NCBI GenBank assembly: GCA_951406725.2
Contig: OX597838.1
Span: 10,106,001-10,170,000 of the forward strand
Length of the DNA stretch: 64,000 nucleotides
Origin: Octopus vulgaris
Lineage: Eukaryota
Direction: 5' to 3'
Both the position numbers and the translations under genes were made by a program. The notes under the pieces are model-generated. The model was not told where the DNA came from, did no database searches, and worked only from the letters and a program-made list of their open reading frames with translations. How positions within the stretch are numbered: position 1 is the stretch's first letter; the number at the start of each line of letters is the position of its first letter. Below, piece after piece: positions 61,309 to 64,000 of the stretch.

Positions 61309-62029
61309 GTAAGCGTAACACACGGAAAAGACAAACATGGGAAAGCAGAAAAATATTAGAAAGATGTTTGGATTTTGCATTGCGTTTGTACGAGTGGAGT
61401 CCGAGTCTCATCCAGAGAGCTCAAGAAACAGCAAGTTAGAAGTTCCAGTGGGCATAGTGACTGGAATGGTTGATAATTGCCATGTTTTGGAGGAAAGAAC
61501 ATAATTTGGTGAGAAGGATTTGTGTTTCAATGTTGTGCCTTGGGTCCATAAGAAGTGTTGTTTTAGAAAATGAGCTTCTGGTGATATGTAAAAAATTATT
61601 GTTCTGGAATTATAAAGACAGTATTTTTCATAGGATATGAGCAATGCCCACGAATACTATTTTCTGAATGTCTTCCATCTTTAGATTCCTGGGATTTGAG
61701 ATAAATAATAATTGGCCCTTTGCGTTATTATTCCCAGGGCATCTAAAACCATGGATAGTGTTTTAGTCTTGAGTTTCTTCATTTTGCCAATTTATATTTC
61801 ATGATTATTATTGGTAGATTCAACTTTGAACTTTGTTTCCATTTCTTGCTGAGTGTCTTCATGACACCTAGGGCAAAGAAAATCACTGTATACATTGGTA
61901 GGCCATTAAAATAAACACACTAGGTTGTTCATGCATAAAGTTATGTGATATGAAAAAAAGGGGAAAAAAGATACCAGGTAAATCTTTTGCACCTCTTGCA
62001 TGGGTAATAAACCAGGGATCATTCTCAAA

Positions 62030-63020
62030 TAGTTTTCAGTTCCTTTTTTGATCATTCCAAGTGCTCCTACAATCACTGGTACTGTATGTAACTGCCTTGA
62101 GATGCCACATTTTTATTAAATTACAATGAGCAAATCTTTATATGATCACAAGGAATGCTCACGTTGATCAATAAACAGATTTTATTGCTTTAGTCTTTCA
62201 TAACAATATCTGGTTCATTAGCCTTGGTGGTTCTGTCTATATGCACTGGAAAGTCCCTGAGAATCATTACATTTTCTTCTTCAGTTACAGCCCCAGGGTG
62301 GCGCTTATCCAATTTGTCAACAGCTTTGATTTTATAATGCCAACATATTAACCAGTGTAGATATTGACCAACTTTGTCATGTCTTGAGTTATACTCCATT
62401 GGGGCTAAAACCTTACATCCAGAGATTAAGTGATTTACTGTTTCAATCTCCTTGTTGCAGAATTAGCACTTTGGGTCTACTTCATGTTTCATCAAACTGG
62501 CTTACTCTTTTACTTGTTTCAGTCATTTGACTGTGGCCATGCTGGAGCACTGCCTTTAGTCGAGCAAATCGACCCCAGGACTTATTCTCTGTAAGCCTAG
62601 TACTTATTCTATTGGTCTCTTTTATCGAACTGCTAAGTTACGGGGACGTAAACACACCAGCATCGGTTGTCAAGCAATGTTGGAGGGACAAACACAGACA
62701 CACAAACAAATACACACACACACACACATATATATATACATATATATATAAATATACATGACGGGCTTCTTTCCGTTTCCGACTACCAAATCCACTCACA
62801 AGGCTTTGGTCAGACCAAGGCTATAGTAGAAGACACTTGCCCAAGATGCCACCCAGTGGGACTGAACCCGGAACCATGTGGTTGGTAAGCAAGCAACTTA
62901 CCACACAACAACTCCTATACCTGGTAATTCTGGGTCAATAAGCTTTGATCTTGAGCAGCTGAGATGAAAACTTCATTCCCTGCCTTTAGCCCTGAGCTCA
63001 ATAGCCAATGTTTGCCACAC
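62030..63020 (-). mobile_element. Second RLE-bearing (R4/Dong-like) LINE fragment, interrupted by SINE A (62504-62915, minus)
   Basis: YNSRHDKVGQYLHWLIC, DFPVHIDRTTKANEPDIV, PVIVGALG; LINE sequence continues at 62920-63010. Confidence 0.8.
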
Positions 63021-63069
63021 AGTTGTTATTATGGACCACACAGTTGTTATTATTAAGTGGCAGCTCTGT

Positions 63070-63278
63070 CTGGTACCTGTGCGGGTGACACGTAAAAAGC
63101 ACCCACTACACTCAAGGAGTGGTTGGCGTTAGGAAGGGCATCCAGCCGTAGAAACACTGCCAGATTTGACTGGGCCTGATGAAGCCTTCTGGCTTCACAG
63201 ACCCCAGTAGAACCGTCCAACCCATGCTAGCATGGAAAACGGACGCTAAACGATGATGATGATGATGATGATGATGAT
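63070..63278 (+). mobile_element. Retroposon family B 3' part
   Basis: GGAGTGGTTGGCGTTAGGAAGGGCATCCAGC..GCTAGCATGGAAAACGGACG.TAAAC(GAT)n. Confidence 0.85.
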
Positions 63279-64000
63279 GGCAAACATATAGTCAATTAAC
63301 ACAGATTAACAATTATTACAATCACAATATATAAAAACAATTGTTTTATTAATTAAACGGATTGCTTAAAACGGTAACAAAACACATTGAACATGAAAGA
63401 AAAACATTATGGACATTAGAACATTGAAAAATATTTCTAGAACTTAATAATGATCCATTGTCTGTGGAATGTAATAAATTGTTTGGCAACTTGCCCAGTA
63501 GAATTTTATATAAAGATTTTGTTCTGTTTTTTTTTTGTTTGTTTGTTTTTTTGCTTTTTTTAAACATGAAAGCTCTTACTCTCAGGCCTACAGTTATGTG
63601 CTTGTCCGTTCCCTTGCAGTAGAGCCATTTGAATGAATATTAAAAAATGCTAATTAAGACTTTTTTTTAAAAAATGCCATTATTGACAAATGTTTCGACG
63701 AAAAGGCAACACGCAACTGTTAATTTTAAAGAGTCAACAAGTGAAAAAGTTACGCAATGTTCAAACAGAAAAAATATCACAAAAGATAACGAGAAACAAG
63801 GAAACATTTAAATACAATGTACAATGGTCACTTGTAAAATGTTTTCTCAAACAACACATTAAAAAAATGGGGGGGGGGGGTTTAACAGAAATGTTTGTTT
63901 TTAACAGAAATATAAATAAACAATATTCAATTATCATTTTGTTGCTAACACCAAGATATGGGGAATGAAAATGGGGAGGAGGAAAAATAACTGACGATGC

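Overview
AT-rich, repeat-dominated animal genomic DNA. The SINE repertoire, the (TA)n/(CA)n/(TACA)n load and the C2H2 exon suggest an octopus (inference). The only convincing host coding sequence is a terminal exon (6991-7738, +) encoding an acidic/Ser tract and three C2H2-type zinc fingers. The rest is a mosaic of tRNA-derived SINE families, decayed mariner/Tc1/pogo-Tigger/hAT transposons and MITEs, piggyBac-type MITEs, non-autonomous Helitrons, LINE fragments (RTE, L1/Tx1-like, RLE-bearing R4/Dong-like), a Gypsy integrase scrap and long microsatellites. The most interesting signal, not explained by the ORF track, is a set of minimal type I hammerhead ribozyme (HHR) motifs at six sites with unrelated flanking sequence, four of them inside foldback/inverted-repeat elements, which resembles Penelope-like element termini. 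Their cores show compensatory variation of the C3-G8 tertiary pair (C-G, A-U, U-A), and one site has a 54-nt exact tandem HHR dimer. Coordinates were read by eye and may be off by a few bases; no database searches were run.
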